Below the pieces are notes generated by a model. The model had not been told where the DNA came from. It ran no database searches and saw nothing but the letters and a program-made list of their open reading frames with translations. Below are positions 49,536 to 58,606 of a stretch of 64,000 bases of DNA, one piece after another. Source of the stretch: Loktanella sp. (GTDB lineage: Bacteria; Pseudomonadota; Alphaproteobacteria; Rhodobacterales; Rhodobacteraceae); the NCBI GenBank assembly GCA_020201155.1, contig JAIVHI010000167.1:5688-69687 (forward strand). The letters are read 5' to 3'. The stretch's first letter is position 1; every line of letters starts with the position of its first letter. Both the position numbers and the translations under genes were made by a program.

Positions 49536-51701
49536 ATGACAGACGGTTGGGACATGTCGGCAGGTACCAGCGCGAAGGGTGCGGTCCGAGCGGGGGGCGA
49601 TGGCGAGCCGTCGATCCTGTCGCTCGCTTGGTCGAACAAGGTGGCTATCAGCCTGTGCGGCCTCGCGGCTGCCCTTACGGCCTATATCGCCCTGTCTACC
49701 GTCACGCCCACCTACACCGCCCGCACACAGGTGCTGCTTGAGCAAAACGCGACCTCAGTCATGGACCAGTCGGCCGGAGCAGCCGGGCAACGGATAACCC
49801 CCGCGGAGGCCCAAAGCACCATTATCGTGATGGAATCGACGGATGTTCTGCGCAGCGTGGCTGAGGAACTCGAACTTACCAACCGCGCGGAGTTCAATTC
49901 AGAGCTGCGTGAATCGGGCTTGCTCGACACGGTGAAGTCCGAGCTGCGCGATTTGGTCTCGGGCGTTGTTCCCGCGGGCGAGCCGGAGGAGGGTGCCCTC
50001 AGGATCGCGCCTGACGACCCTCTTGCAGGGGTGATCCGGGAACTGCGCAAGGCGGTCGAGATCCGCGTGATGGGCGAAAGCGCTATCGTCGAGGTGCGAG
50101 CCATGACGCAAAACCCTTCGCTCGCCGCGGCGATCACCGACGCAGTCGCGGAAAACTATATTGCGCAGCAGTTGGTGCAGAAATACGAATCCGCCGTCCG
50201 GGCGACCGAATGGCTCGAGGACCGCACGGAACAGCTCCGCATAGTACTTCAGGACGCAGACGCGCGAGTGACAGATTTTCGCAGCGAGCAGCTTTCCGCA
50301 GGGGCGCAGACGGTCGCGGATATTGAGCCTCGGCTGGAGGAGCTCACTCGGCAGATTGCGCGGGTTGGAGCGGAGCTTTCGGATACGAGGGCGCAGCGCG
50401 ACGAGCTTCTTCAACTTTATGAGGAAGACAATTTCATGTCGCTCGTACCTTTGTTCGGCATCGCCTCGATCACGGCGCTACATCAAGAACTTCTGGTGGC
50501 CGAGACCGAACTCGTGGACCGCACAGCGCGGTTCGGCGACGACCCTTCGGTGACCGCGCAGCGGCAGGTGCGCGACGGGGTAAGGACTCGCCTCGAGGCC
50601 GAGGTGAGGAACGCCCTTGCGGGGCTCGACGTTCGGGTGGACGTACTTTCGAAGCGGCTGATCAATGCTGAAGAGGATCTGCAGGCCATGCGCCGCGAAC
50701 TTGTGGATCGGCAGCAGACTGAGCTTCGGCTCACCGAACTGGAACGCGAGTCCGAGGCGTCGCAACAAGTGTATAACCGCTTTCTGGTCGAGGTGAAGGA
50801 GGTGCGTGAGCGCAGCCAGTTCCAGACGCCCGCCGCCCGTATCATCACATGGGCTGACGTGCCGGTGGCGCCCACAGCACCGCAGAAAGCGAAGATGGCC
50901 GTCGTGGCGGGCCTTGGAGGCGGCGCACTGGCGTTGCTGTTGATCGCTCTTTTGCGCGACAACCGTCCGCGCGTCCGCAACGCCGAAGAACTGGCGGAGA
51001 TGACTGGGGTAGACGCTATCGAACAGATTCCCGCGCCAGGGGCAGCCGGCGCACCGCTTGCGCTGCTGGAACGAATGCGCGCCGAACCAGAGTCACCCGG
51101 GGCCCAGAGCCTGCGCTGGCTGCGCTACCGGCTGCGTGCCCGAAGGAAAGGCCAGACCAACGTTATCCTGGTCACCTCTGCCCGCGCTGAGACTGGCAAA
51201 TCTGGCATCAGCGTGGCGCTCGCCGAGACTTTTGCATCGGATGGGGTCTCGACTGTGCTCGTTAATATCGACGGGCAGGCCACCGATCTACTGTCCATCG
51301 ACAGCGTTGGCGCCCTGCGCGACATGCCGTTCCGTTATCTTGACTATACCGAACACACGATGCGCGCGCTCAACGAATGCGCGGGGGAGGCCGCAGGCGA
51401 TCTTGCCGACCGGCTTCGAATTCTCAAGAGCACCGATGTCATCATCATCAACGGCCCTTCCGTGCTGAGATCGGCAGACGCGCTGGAGATGAGCGAGATG
51501 GCCAGCCGGGTGCTTTTGGTCTGCAACTGGAACGAGACGCCTTCCGCGTTGGTACAGCAAAGTGTGAACGTGCTGCGCGACGCCGGTTCCCGCGTCGACG
51601 CTATCGCGATGAACAACGTTCCGCGCCGGTCGCTTAAGCCCGTCACCTATATGCCCCGCTCACCGCAACCGCCTAAGGCGATTGCGGCACCGCAGGGCTG
51701 A
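49536..51701 (+). CDS. polysaccharide co-polymerase (ExoP/GumC/Wzc-like) with degenerate P-loop domain
   Basis: 721 aa. N-terminal TM helix plus a long coiled-coil periplasmic region, a second TM helix, then a cytoplasmic domain with Walker A ..SARAETGKSG.. and ..DVIIINGPS... Confidence 0.8.
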   Translation: MTDGWDMSAGTSAKGAVRAGGDGEPSILSLAWSNKVAISLCGLAAALTAYIALSTVTPTYTARTQVLLEQNATSVMDQSAGAAGQRITPAEAQSTIIVMESTDVLRSVAEELELTNRAEFNSELRESGLLDTVKSELRDLVSGVVPAGEPEEGALRIAPDDPLAGVIRELRKAVEIRVMGESAIVEVRAMTQNPSLAAAITDAVAENYIAQQLVQKYESAVRATEWLEDRTEQLRIVLQDADARVTDFRSEQLSAGAQTVADIEPRLEELTRQIARVGAELSDTRAQRDELLQLYEEDNFMSLVPLFGIASITALHQELLVAETELVDRTARFGDDPSVTAQRQVRDGVRTRLEAEVRNALAGLDVRVDVLSKRLINAEEDLQAMRRELVDRQQTELRLTELERESEASQQVYNRFLVEVKEVRERSQFQTPAARIITWADVPVAPTAPQKAKMAVVAGLGGGALALLLIALLRDNRPRVRNAEELAEMTGVDAIEQIPAPGAAGAPLALLERMRAEPESPGAQSLRWLRYRLRARRKGQTNVILVTSARAETGKSGISVALAETFASDGVSTVLVNIDGQATDLLSIDSVGALRDMPFRYLDYTEHTMRALNECAGEAAGDLADRLRILKSTDVIIINGPSVLRSADALEMSEMASRVLLVCNWNETPSALVQQSVNVLRDAGSRVDAIAMNNVPRRSLKPVTYMPRSPQPPKAIAAPQG

Positions 51702-51716
51702 GCGGGACCGCGGGCG

Positions 51717-53006
51717 ATGTTGCAAGCTGGCACTACGGCAGTTCTGGCGGCAAGTCTCTGGCTTTTGTGGCGTCAGCTTCGTCCGATGCGCGGCGACTTA
51801 CTCACGCTTGTAGCCTTCGGGCTTATCTGGAGCCGGTTCGCGCTTGCAGCGCTTGGTCCGTCCGCCGTTCAGACGCAGTTGGCGGGCCAGTCGCTGATTG
51901 CGCTCGGAACGCTTATCACGGTCAGCTTCGTGGCCGTCGTCATCCCGCTCAGCCTATACCGTGCCGATCAGGCCGCGCCGATCTATGGCATCGCGTCGCT
52001 GGGAGCAGCCGGCACTATCCTGTCGGGGTCGGTCGGAGCTCTACCGAGCTATGTCACGCTCTGGGTCCTGTTCGCGTCGCTTGCGCTGCTGCTCGACCGG
52101 GCTTACACGCTGCACGGGCCAGCGATGGTGCTGCGCGCGCTACTTGCCGTATTCGCGCTGCCGCTCGGGATGCAAGTGGTCTCGTTTGGCGCAGGCCTGC
52201 CCAAGGTCGGGCCGGACGGTTCCCTGAGCTATATAGGCGGCTATGCCCATGAGGCGGTTTTTGCAATCGTGGCGCTCGGGGCGCTGTGGACGGCAACAAT
52301 TTCGTCTTGGCCGAACCGGCGGCTTGCCTGGCTCGCTGTAGCGGTGTGTCTCGCCGCGCTTGTACTCGCGAATTACCGGACTATGCTGATCGCCGCGCTT
52401 CCACTCATCGCTGCTTTCGCGATTTTCGACGGAGTGGGCCAAGGCGGCCGGATTTTGCCCCGTGTTCTAGCAATCTGCGCGGTCGGCTTGATCTTGCTGC
52501 CCGCAGCAATGCCGCCTGCGCTGATCGAGCGCTTTGCCGATCTGGGGACGCTGGCCAGCGACTGGGAGCAGCTCCTGAAGCCGCCCGAAACCTTTACTGC
52601 GGCGGAAAAGGATGTGCTATCCGCGCGGGTCTATATTTGGGCGCGTTACGCTGCGGCGGTGGCGCAGGCAGATCTTCCGCAACTGTTACTGGGTCACGGA
52701 GCCGAGGCGCTGGCGCCTGGTATGGGGACGCATCCGCACAACGAATACTTGCGGGTGGCCTATCAGCACGGGATCCTCGGCGTCGTCGGGCTGTTCGGCT
52801 TGCTGATCGCCCTGACCGTGGTGTCGGCGCGGGCGAAGCCGCGCAGGGCGGGGGTCCTGACAGCGTCGGGATTTGCGGCGTTCCTAATCGCGGCCACGGG
52901 CACCTCACTTTTCGACCGGCCTGAGGGGATGATCGTGTTGGCTATCCTGACCGCCACTGCGTGGAACCTTAGCGTCGGGCGTCAGCCAGTCAGCGCCGCT
53001 GCCTGA
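51717..53006 (+). CDS. O-antigen ligase/polymerase-like (Wzy-type) membrane protein
   Basis: 429-aa polytopic protein. The periplasmic loop ..GTHPHNEYLRVAYQHGILG.. is typical of the Wzy_C/O-antigen ligase family. Confidence 0.75.
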   Translation: MLQAGTTAVLAASLWLLWRQLRPMRGDLLTLVAFGLIWSRFALAALGPSAVQTQLAGQSLIALGTLITVSFVAVVIPLSLYRADQAAPIYGIASLGAAGTILSGSVGALPSYVTLWVLFASLALLLDRAYTLHGPAMVLRALLAVFALPLGMQVVSFGAGLPKVGPDGSLSYIGGYAHEAVFAIVALGALWTATISSWPNRRLAWLAVAVCLAALVLANYRTMLIAALPLIAAFAIFDGVGQGGRILPRVLAICAVGLILLPAAMPPALIERFADLGTLASDWEQLLKPPETFTAAEKDVLSARVYIWARYAAAVAQADLPQLLLGHGAEALAPGMGTHPHNEYLRVAYQHGILGVVGLFGLLIALTVVSARAKPRRAGVLTASGFAAFLIAATGTSLFDRPEGMIVLAILTATAWNLSVGRQPVSAAA

Positions 53007-53823
53007 TTTTGGACGTGACCTCGCTCAGCATCGCGCGCAACCCGGCGTGGCGCAGGGTCGCGGCGATGAATCGCACCTTACCACGCCGCCTTGGCAGGTA
53101 GGCGAGTAGCAGGCGCGCCAAGCGCCTACGGTAGGCATTTTCCCCGAGCCAGGCGCGGTGCTTGTGAAGCGCTGCGGCCTGTTCGAGCAGATCCTCGGGG
53201 CTCAGTTTCAGCGTCGCGTTTGTGATCCTGCCGTGCCCTTTGCGCCGGGTATAGAGCGGCTCGGACACAATCGCGACGCGCCCGCGTTGTACGAGGCGGA
53301 CGAAGAGGTCCCAATCCTGTGCGCGGGGCAAAGTTGGGTCGAACCGCACTCCGGCCACCACGTCCCGCCGGATCAGCAGACCTGAGGTGCCGCAGGGCGT
53401 GCCGTGGCGCAGCCAGTCCGCGTCCACTTCGGAGACGGCCTGCGGTGTGCGGCGGGCCGTGCTGCCGAGCGTCCGGCAGAGGCAGGCAGCGTAGTCGCCC
53501 TTTGCCATTGCGGCGAGTTGGGTTTCGGTCTTGTGGGGCAACCAGACGTCGTCGTCGTCGAGAAAGCCAACCACATTGCCCCGGGCGAGGTCGATCCCCC
53601 GGTTGCGCGCTACGTTCGCGCCGGACCTCTGTGGCAAACGCTCGAGGCGGACACGGTCGGCGAAAATGGCGAGGACTGGGGCGGGATCATTGGTCGATGC
53701 GTCGTCGATGACAATAACCTCGAGCATCTCCACCGTCTGGGACAGCGCGCTGCGCACTGCATCGACAAGCAATTCCGAGCGGTTGCAGGTGGGAATGATG
53801 ACGCTGACGCGGGGCGCAGTCAT
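52990..53823 (-). CDS. family 2 glycosyltransferase
   Basis: 277 aa (VSVIIPTCNRSELL.. VIVIDDAS.. FLDDDD..). Confidence 0.85.
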   Translation of the reverse strand: MTAPRVSVIIPTCNRSELLVDAVRSALSQTVEMLEVIVIDDASTNDPAPVLAIFADRVRLERLPQRSGANVARNRGIDLARGNVVGFLDDDDVWLPHKTETQLAAMAKGDYAACLCRTLGSTARRTPQAVSEVDADWLRHGTPCGTSGLLIRRDVVAGVRFDPTLPRAQDWDLFVRLVQRGRVAIVSEPLYTRRKGHGRITNATLKLSPEDLLEQAAALHKHRAWLGENAYRRRLARLLLAYLPRRRGKVRFIAATLRHAGLRAMLSEVTSKIRQRR

Positions 53824-53912
53824 CGGAATCTATCCTCGATGGTGCCACAGGCTTGGCGATAAAAAACGTATATTTCCTCAATACTTTAAAACATTGCGCA
53901 GGGCGAACGCGG

Positions 53913-53934
53913 AAAGTTTCAAAATTGAAACTTT
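53913..53934. promoter_or_regulatory. perfect 22-bp palindrome in a divergent glycosyltransferase promoter (candidate operator)
   Basis: AAAGTTTCAA-AA-TTGAAACTTT: 10-bp perfect arms and a 2-bp spacer, in the AT-rich 220-bp region between the divergent genes at 53823 (-) and 54044 (+). Confidence 0.5.
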
Positions 53935-54043
53935 ATCACTTTTCCCAACATGGGTAATGTTGCATTCAAAGCTCACCGGGCGCAAGCTTCAACGTTGGGC
54001 ATAATCAGCCAGTTACGATGGAAGTCCCCGGAGAGCACCTACT

Positions 54044-55201
54044 ATGCGACATGTTGCGATCATTGGTCTTCGCGGTATCCCTGACGTTATGGGGGGGATC
54101 GAGACCCATTGCGCCGAGTTACTGCCGCGCATGGCCAAGAAATCGGAGGATCTGAAGCTCACGGTCCTCGCCCGACGCCGTTATGCGACCGTCGCGGATC
54201 CCGTGCCTGGAGTAAAGCAGATCGCCCTATACGCGCCAAGCGGCAGGGGGACAGAGGCCTTGGTTCATTCCCATTGGTCGGTGCTATATGCGCGTCTCTT
54301 TCTCAAGGCGGATGCGGTGCATATTCATGGTATCGGACCCGGGCTTTCGGTGCCGCTTGCGCGGTTGCTGGGCATGGGGGTGCTTTTTACCCATCATGGC
54401 GAGGATTTTGCGCGCGCGAAATGGAATTGGCTGGCACGGTTTGTTTTGCGGGTGGGGGAATTCCTGGCACTTCGCTTTGCGCAATGCATCATCACCGTTT
54501 CGGCCGGCACCGCCACACGGCTCAAAAAGCGCGCGCCTGCGCGTGCCAACCGGATCATTCATGTTCCCAACGGAGTCTCCGCCCCGGCAACCGGTGGGGC
54601 TGCCGAAGTCGTTATGGAGCGCCACCACCTCGAACCCGGACGCTTCGTGATCCATGTCGGCCGGATCGAACCGGAAAAAGGGCAGGATATGCTGATCGAG
54701 GCTTACCGCGCCGCAGGGCTTGCACTGGCAAAGTCTCCGGTGAAACTGCTGCTCGTGGGTGCAGCGGACCACGAGAGCGCTTATTCGCGCAAGATCGCGA
54801 CGATGAAGGGAGACGGCGTCGAACTGGCAGGCCGCCTCGACCGCGACACAGTTTTCGCGCTGAATGCGCAGGCGGCGCTGTTCGTGCTACCATCTCTGCA
54901 CGAGGGACTGTCCATTGCGGCTCTCGAGGCTTTGAAGGCGGACGCACCGGTGCTGCTGAGCGACATCGAGCCGAACCGGAATATCGGCCTCGAGGATCGC
55001 CACTACCTGGCGCCGGATTCGGTCGAAGCTTGGGCCGAGGGGCTCCGCGGTGATCTGTCGCGGCACGCGGTACGCGAAGGGTTTGACGCGTCAGCTTACG
55101 ATTGGGACGTCATCGCGGACCGCACGCTGGAGGCACTTGATGAGGTGACACAGAATTCCGGCTGTATCTCCAAAAACCCAAGGGCGGCGGGTGATGCCTA
55201 A
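54044..55201 (+). CDS. family 4 glycosyltransferase
   Basis: 385 aa. GT-B/GT4 C-terminal signature ..VGRIEPEKGQDML.. ..PSLHEGLSIAALEAL... Confidence 0.85.
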   Translation: MRHVAIIGLRGIPDVMGGIETHCAELLPRMAKKSEDLKLTVLARRRYATVADPVPGVKQIALYAPSGRGTEALVHSHWSVLYARLFLKADAVHIHGIGPGLSVPLARLLGMGVLFTHHGEDFARAKWNWLARFVLRVGEFLALRFAQCIITVSAGTATRLKKRAPARANRIIHVPNGVSAPATGGAAEVVMERHHLEPGRFVIHVGRIEPEKGQDMLIEAYRAAGLALAKSPVKLLLVGAADHESAYSRKIATMKGDGVELAGRLDRDTVFALNAQAALFVLPSLHEGLSIAALEALKADAPVLLSDIEPNRNIGLEDRHYLAPDSVEAWAEGLRGDLSRHAVREGFDASAYDWDVIADRTLEALDEVTQNSGCISKNPRAAGDA

Positions 55202-56095
55202 GGCTCGCAGGCGGCGAATCCTGTTGCTGATCAATTCGCTCGAAGGCGGCGGGGCAGAAAACGTCATGGTGCGGCTCGCTTCGGGCCTTTCGGAAACTGT
55301 GCCGGGTGCAGATATTCGTCTCGTTCTGCTCGACGATTTGCCTGCGGCTTACCCGGTGCCCGCAGACAGGGCGTGGCTGATGAGCTGCGCGTTGGCTATG
55401 GCGTCCCCGCGGGACGACTCCGGGTCATCCACAATCCAGTTGAAATCGGCGATCTTCAGGCGTCGGGTGCCGAGACCCCCGCGATCGCGCTACCTGACCG
55501 CTTTTTTGTCAGCGTTGGGCGTCTGGTGAAGAATAAGGGCGGAGACGTTCTGATGCGAGCGTTTGCAGCGCATGCCGAACCTCGGCGCCATCTCGTGATG
55601 CTTGGAGAAGGATCGGAGCGCGGTCGCCTCACCGCACTGGCGGAGGAGATCGGTATTGGCGATCGGGTACACCTGCCGGGACATCTTGAAAATCCTCATG
55701 CAGTGGTGGCGCGCGCCGATGGCTACATTTCCGCCTCGCGCAGCGAAGGGTTTCCCAACGCGATGATTGAGGCCATGGCGCTCGGGCGGCCCGTCATCGC
55801 GACCGACTGCCGCTCCGGTCCGCGTGAGATCCTAGCGCCGCAGGACGGCAAACCCGAGGCGGGGCTTCTTGTGCCTGTAAACGACATCGCGGCGCTAACG
55901 GCGGCCATGGACCTGTTCGACGATGAGGGCAGTCGGGCTGATCTGTCGCGCCGCGCGGCCCGTCGCGTGGAAGTTTTCCGGTCCGCTTGCGTGGTGGCGG
56001 ATTATGCTGAGATACTTGGGTGCGGGTCGTCCCGAGCAGCAAGGATGTCCGCCAAATGGTCCGTGTCGAGTGCAGGAGGGCCTGATGCCGGATAG
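55191..56095 (+). pseudogene. family 4 glycosyltransferase with internal deletion and frameshift
   Basis: N-terminal fragment (MMPKARRRRILLLINSLEGGGAENVMVRLA..DIRLVLLDD..) in one frame. The C-terminal half (..ADELRVGYGVPAGRLRVIHNPV..VGRLVKNKG..SRSEGFPNAMIEAMALGRPVIATD..) is in another frame. About 100+ residues of the N-domain are missing. Confidence 0.7.
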
Positions 56096-56984
56096 AAGGA
56101 GACTTGCAACCGCTGAGGTCGGCGATCTCGTCCGGTTGGGCGAAATCGACGCTCTGGTGCTCTGCGCGTTACGCGGCAAAGAAGTCAGCCGGCTAGCGCT
56201 TATGGTCGAGGCGCGGGACGCCCTGCCTGTTCGGAAACTTCTCCGTGCCGTGCAGGGAGTAGAGGCCACGGTCTACACGACAAACGGCTCCAAGAGTGGG
56301 TCTTTCCGACTGGACGAGGCGGAGTTCAGTGCGATCAGCCTCGCTTTTATGCCGATGGATCTTGCAGAGACGCTGCTGGCGCGAGCCCGGAGCGCAATTG
56401 GCCTGCCCAGAGAGGATCGGGTCCGGCTTGCGGCCTATGTGAGCGCCTATTTCCGCGCGCCGTCGCGGTTGGCGGGCGGCGCGGAGAAGGATCCGGCCGC
56501 AGACACCCATCGGAGCGAGCTCGACCGCGATCTTCTGACTGCCGGGTGGCGCCCACCGCAGGACATGCTCGAACGTCTGGCCCTTGCCGACCCCTGGATC
56601 CGCAAGTCTTTGCTACCAACCAAAGGACCGGGGCTCCCGCCGGGCCTGACGGCCTTTTTCGTGCGCGAACGGGCTGTGGCGGAGTGCTTTCTGCCCCGGA
56701 TCCGCGAGGTCATCGCAGAAATTGGATTTGAGATATTGACCGAAGTTGAGCTGGTCGGGGACACAGCGGAGGAGATGCGCAAGTCGACCCGGGGCGGGAA
56801 CTGGGGGTCTGGGCCGTTTTCGGTCAGCGGCGGGCCGCCGCGGCACATACTCTTATTCGTCGGACCATTCGAGCGAGGCCTACCGTGTCATCGAAACGCT
56901 GCTGTCCGCAGCGGAGTTCGACGCGCTGAAGGCCGGTGTTGCGGCGCGCCGTTTGGCCCTGCGCGAAACGACGGGTCAGGCTGA
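56085..56984 (+). CDS. degenerate nucleotidyltransferase (NTase)-like protein fused to a small alpha/beta domain (paralog of 58603-59346 + 58376-58606)
   Basis: ATG 56085 with AGGAGG upstream. ..RLALMVEARD.. aligns to ..DVDILVSDD.. of the minus-strand paralog, and ..GWRPPQDMLERL.. aligns to ..GWRPRPAHLEAL... It then continues ..FFVRERAVAECFLPRIREVIAEIGFEIL... Confidence 0.5.
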   Translation: MPDRRRLATAEVGDLVRLGEIDALVLCALRGKEVSRLALMVEARDALPVRKLLRAVQGVEATVYTTNGSKSGSFRLDEAEFSAISLAFMPMDLAETLLARARSAIGLPREDRVRLAAYVSAYFRAPSRLAGGAEKDPAADTHRSELDRDLLTAGWRPPQDMLERLALADPWIRKSLLPTKGPGLPPGLTAFFVRERAVAECFLPRIREVIAEIGFEILTEVELVGDTAEEMRKSTRGGNWGSGPFSVSGGPPRHILLFVGPFERGLPCHRNAAVRSGVRRAEGRCCGAPFGPARNDGSG

Positions 56985-57597
56985 GCCCGAGGAAGGACGA
57001 AACGTGACTGCGGTCACTCTGCGCCGGGGCGGCGTCGTGCGACGCGTGTTTCGGCCACATCTTGTTAGTCATGTCCCCGCAGTGGTGCAGGCGCAGGAGC
57101 TGCTACGTCCTGATTGGCCCGAGGTCTGCGAGTGTCTGAAGACGGGCGAGGGCATCGTGGATTTCACCGACCCGGGGCCGGAATTCACGCCTGCTGGAAC
57201 ACTTGGCGGCCCCCTCCCCTTTGCGCTGGCCCTGCGCCTGCGCGCGCTCTTGGTGGAGGCCGCGAAGGCGGGGATCGTGCTGGATCACTGGGACCCGGCG
57301 CAAAACGTGCTCGTCAACCACAAGCGAACCGAGCTGCGGCTGCTGGGCTTCGACCGGCCTCGGTGCCTCGATGGGCCGCAACTCCTGTCCGCCACACTGG
57401 AGCACAACGTAACGCGCGCCGAACTGGCCCGGCTGACCGGAATTTCCACTTCCGTGTTCTTGGGTGGTTCGGCACCATTGATGCGGTTGTCGCGCGAGAT
57501 CTTTCGGCCTGCCGCAGCGCTCTTCTGGCGCGGCGAGACCGGGATCTCACGGGCTGTCTCCGCCCTGCTGCACATCCACCTGCGGCGGCGTGGCTAG
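56746..57597 (+). CDS. degenerate Kdo/WaaP-type kinase-like protein (start unresolved; possibly frameshifted continuation of 56085-56984)
   Basis: ..GGVVRRVFRPH.. ..IVLDHWDPAQNVLVNHKRTELRLLGFD.. parallels the minus-strand kinase-like ORF. A GTG at 57004 with GAGGAAGGA upstream is the nearest plausible independent start. Confidence 0.4.
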   Translation: MSWSGTQRRRCASRPGAGTGGLGRFRSAAGRRGTYSYSSDHSSEAYRVIETLLSAAEFDALKAGVAARRLALRETTGQAEPEEGRNVTAVTLRRGGVVRRVFRPHLVSHVPAVVQAQELLRPDWPEVCECLKTGEGIVDFTDPGPEFTPAGTLGGPLPFALALRLRALLVEAAKAGIVLDHWDPAQNVLVNHKRTELRLLGFDRPRCLDGPQLLSATLEHNVTRAELARLTGISTSVFLGGSAPLMRLSREIFRPAAALFWRGETGISRAVSALLHIHLRRRG

Positions 57598-58337
57598 CGC
57601 TCGACAGCCGGGCGCCAGGCCACGCGTGCCAGACTGCCGGACCGTTGACGGGTATGCCTGCGTCGGCGCAGGGCGGCGCCCGCCGCAAAGCCAATAATCC
57701 AGAACGGATGAAGCGTTGCTCGCTTGAGATGCTGCAGCCAAGGCGGGTCATGAAGAAAACTGTGTTTTGACAGGCCAGTGTAGGGGCGCCATTTCGCCGG
57801 GTATGGGTCTTCGTTCATCGCGTTGAGAAGCGGGCGCGCGACGGGAGCCTCCTCGGGCACGCCGGACAGAAAGTAGCTCTGCTCGGGTGCCACGGGGGCG
57901 GCGCGCCGGGTGGCAAACTCGAAGTCGATGGCCCGCATGCGCCCAGTCCGTGCATCGATCAGGATATTGTCGCGTGGGGTGAGATCGATCGCATCGAACC
58001 CGTGAGCGCAGCACAGTCGGACGAACGCCGCAAGCTCGTGTACACGGGCGAGCGGCAGCGGCAGCGGCAAGCGGAACCCCAAGATCCGACGTGTGCGCAG
58101 GGCATTCGGAATGTCCTCGAAGAGAAGGGAACGTTCGTCACGGGCGAGAAGGCGTGGGGGTATCTCACTCAGTCTTCCCATCACCTCGAAGAATGCCAGT
58201 TCGCGAGTCAGCGCGTCACGGGCGGTGTGTCGGAAGGTCTTGAGCACAGCCGTGCCGTCGCCGTGGGCCACGCGCTCGACCTTGGCGCGATACTTGAAAC
58301 GGCTGAGATCAGCGAGAACGGGACGGTCGGTGTGCAT
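57594..58337 (-). CDS. protein-kinase-like fold enzyme (Kdo/WaaP/RIO-like), C-terminal TM anchor
   Basis: 247 aa. ..GTAVLKTF.. (beta3 Lys), ..RELAFFE.., ..FDAIDLTPRDNILIDARTGRMRAIDFEFA.. (catalytic-loop-like and DFx-like), then the hydrophobic ..LHPFWIIGFAAGAAL... Confidence 0.55.
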   Translation of the reverse strand: MHTDRPVLADLSRFKYRAKVERVAHGDGTAVLKTFRHTARDALTRELAFFEVMGRLSEIPPRLLARDERSLLFEDIPNALRTRRILGFRLPLPLPLARVHELAAFVRLCCAHGFDAIDLTPRDNILIDARTGRMRAIDFEFATRRAAPVAPEQSYFLSGVPEEAPVARPLLNAMNEDPYPAKWRPYTGLSKHSFLHDPPWLQHLKRATLHPFWIIGFAAGAALRRRRHTRQRSGSLARVAWRPAVER

Positions 58338-58375
58338 AGCGGCGCGGCGGGCGGCGATGGCGGTGTCGAGTTCGT

Positions 58376-58606
58376 TCAGGTCTTCGGGAGATAGAAGACG
58401 CCGGGCGGCATGCTCGGCTTCGGCTTCGCATTGAACGCTATGATCGCCTGTCCGCTCGAAAAGCAGGACTCTTCAAGGAGCTCCGCGAGGGGGGCGGCCG
58501 CGCAGGTTCGGAAGACTTCGAATCCCCGCGCCTCGAGCGCAGTCACCACACGAGGGCTGAGCGCTTCTGCCTCGAGGGCGAGAGCGACGACGCAGAGGCC
58601 CCTCAT
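58376..58606 (-). CDS. small ORF homologous to the middle domain of 56085-56984 (possibly a fragment)
   Basis: 76 aa. MRGLCVVALALEAEALSPRVVTALEARGFEVF.. aligns with ..GLTAFFVRERAVAECFLPRIREVIAEIGFEIL... ATGA overlap with the upstream gene. Confidence 0.4.
   Translation of the reverse strand: MRGLCVVALALEAEALSPRVVTALEARGFEVFRTCAAAPLAELLEESCFSSGQAIIAFNAKPKPSMPPGVFYLPKT

Noticed and set aside
57592-57599. The stop codons of the two convergent kinase-like genes overlap within the palindrome GCTAGC, which hinted at a large inverted duplication centred here.
   Set aside because: The flanking C-terminal coding sequences are not mirror images at nucleotide or protein level. The overlap is a local coincidence, and the paralogy is ancient rather than a recent palindromic duplication.
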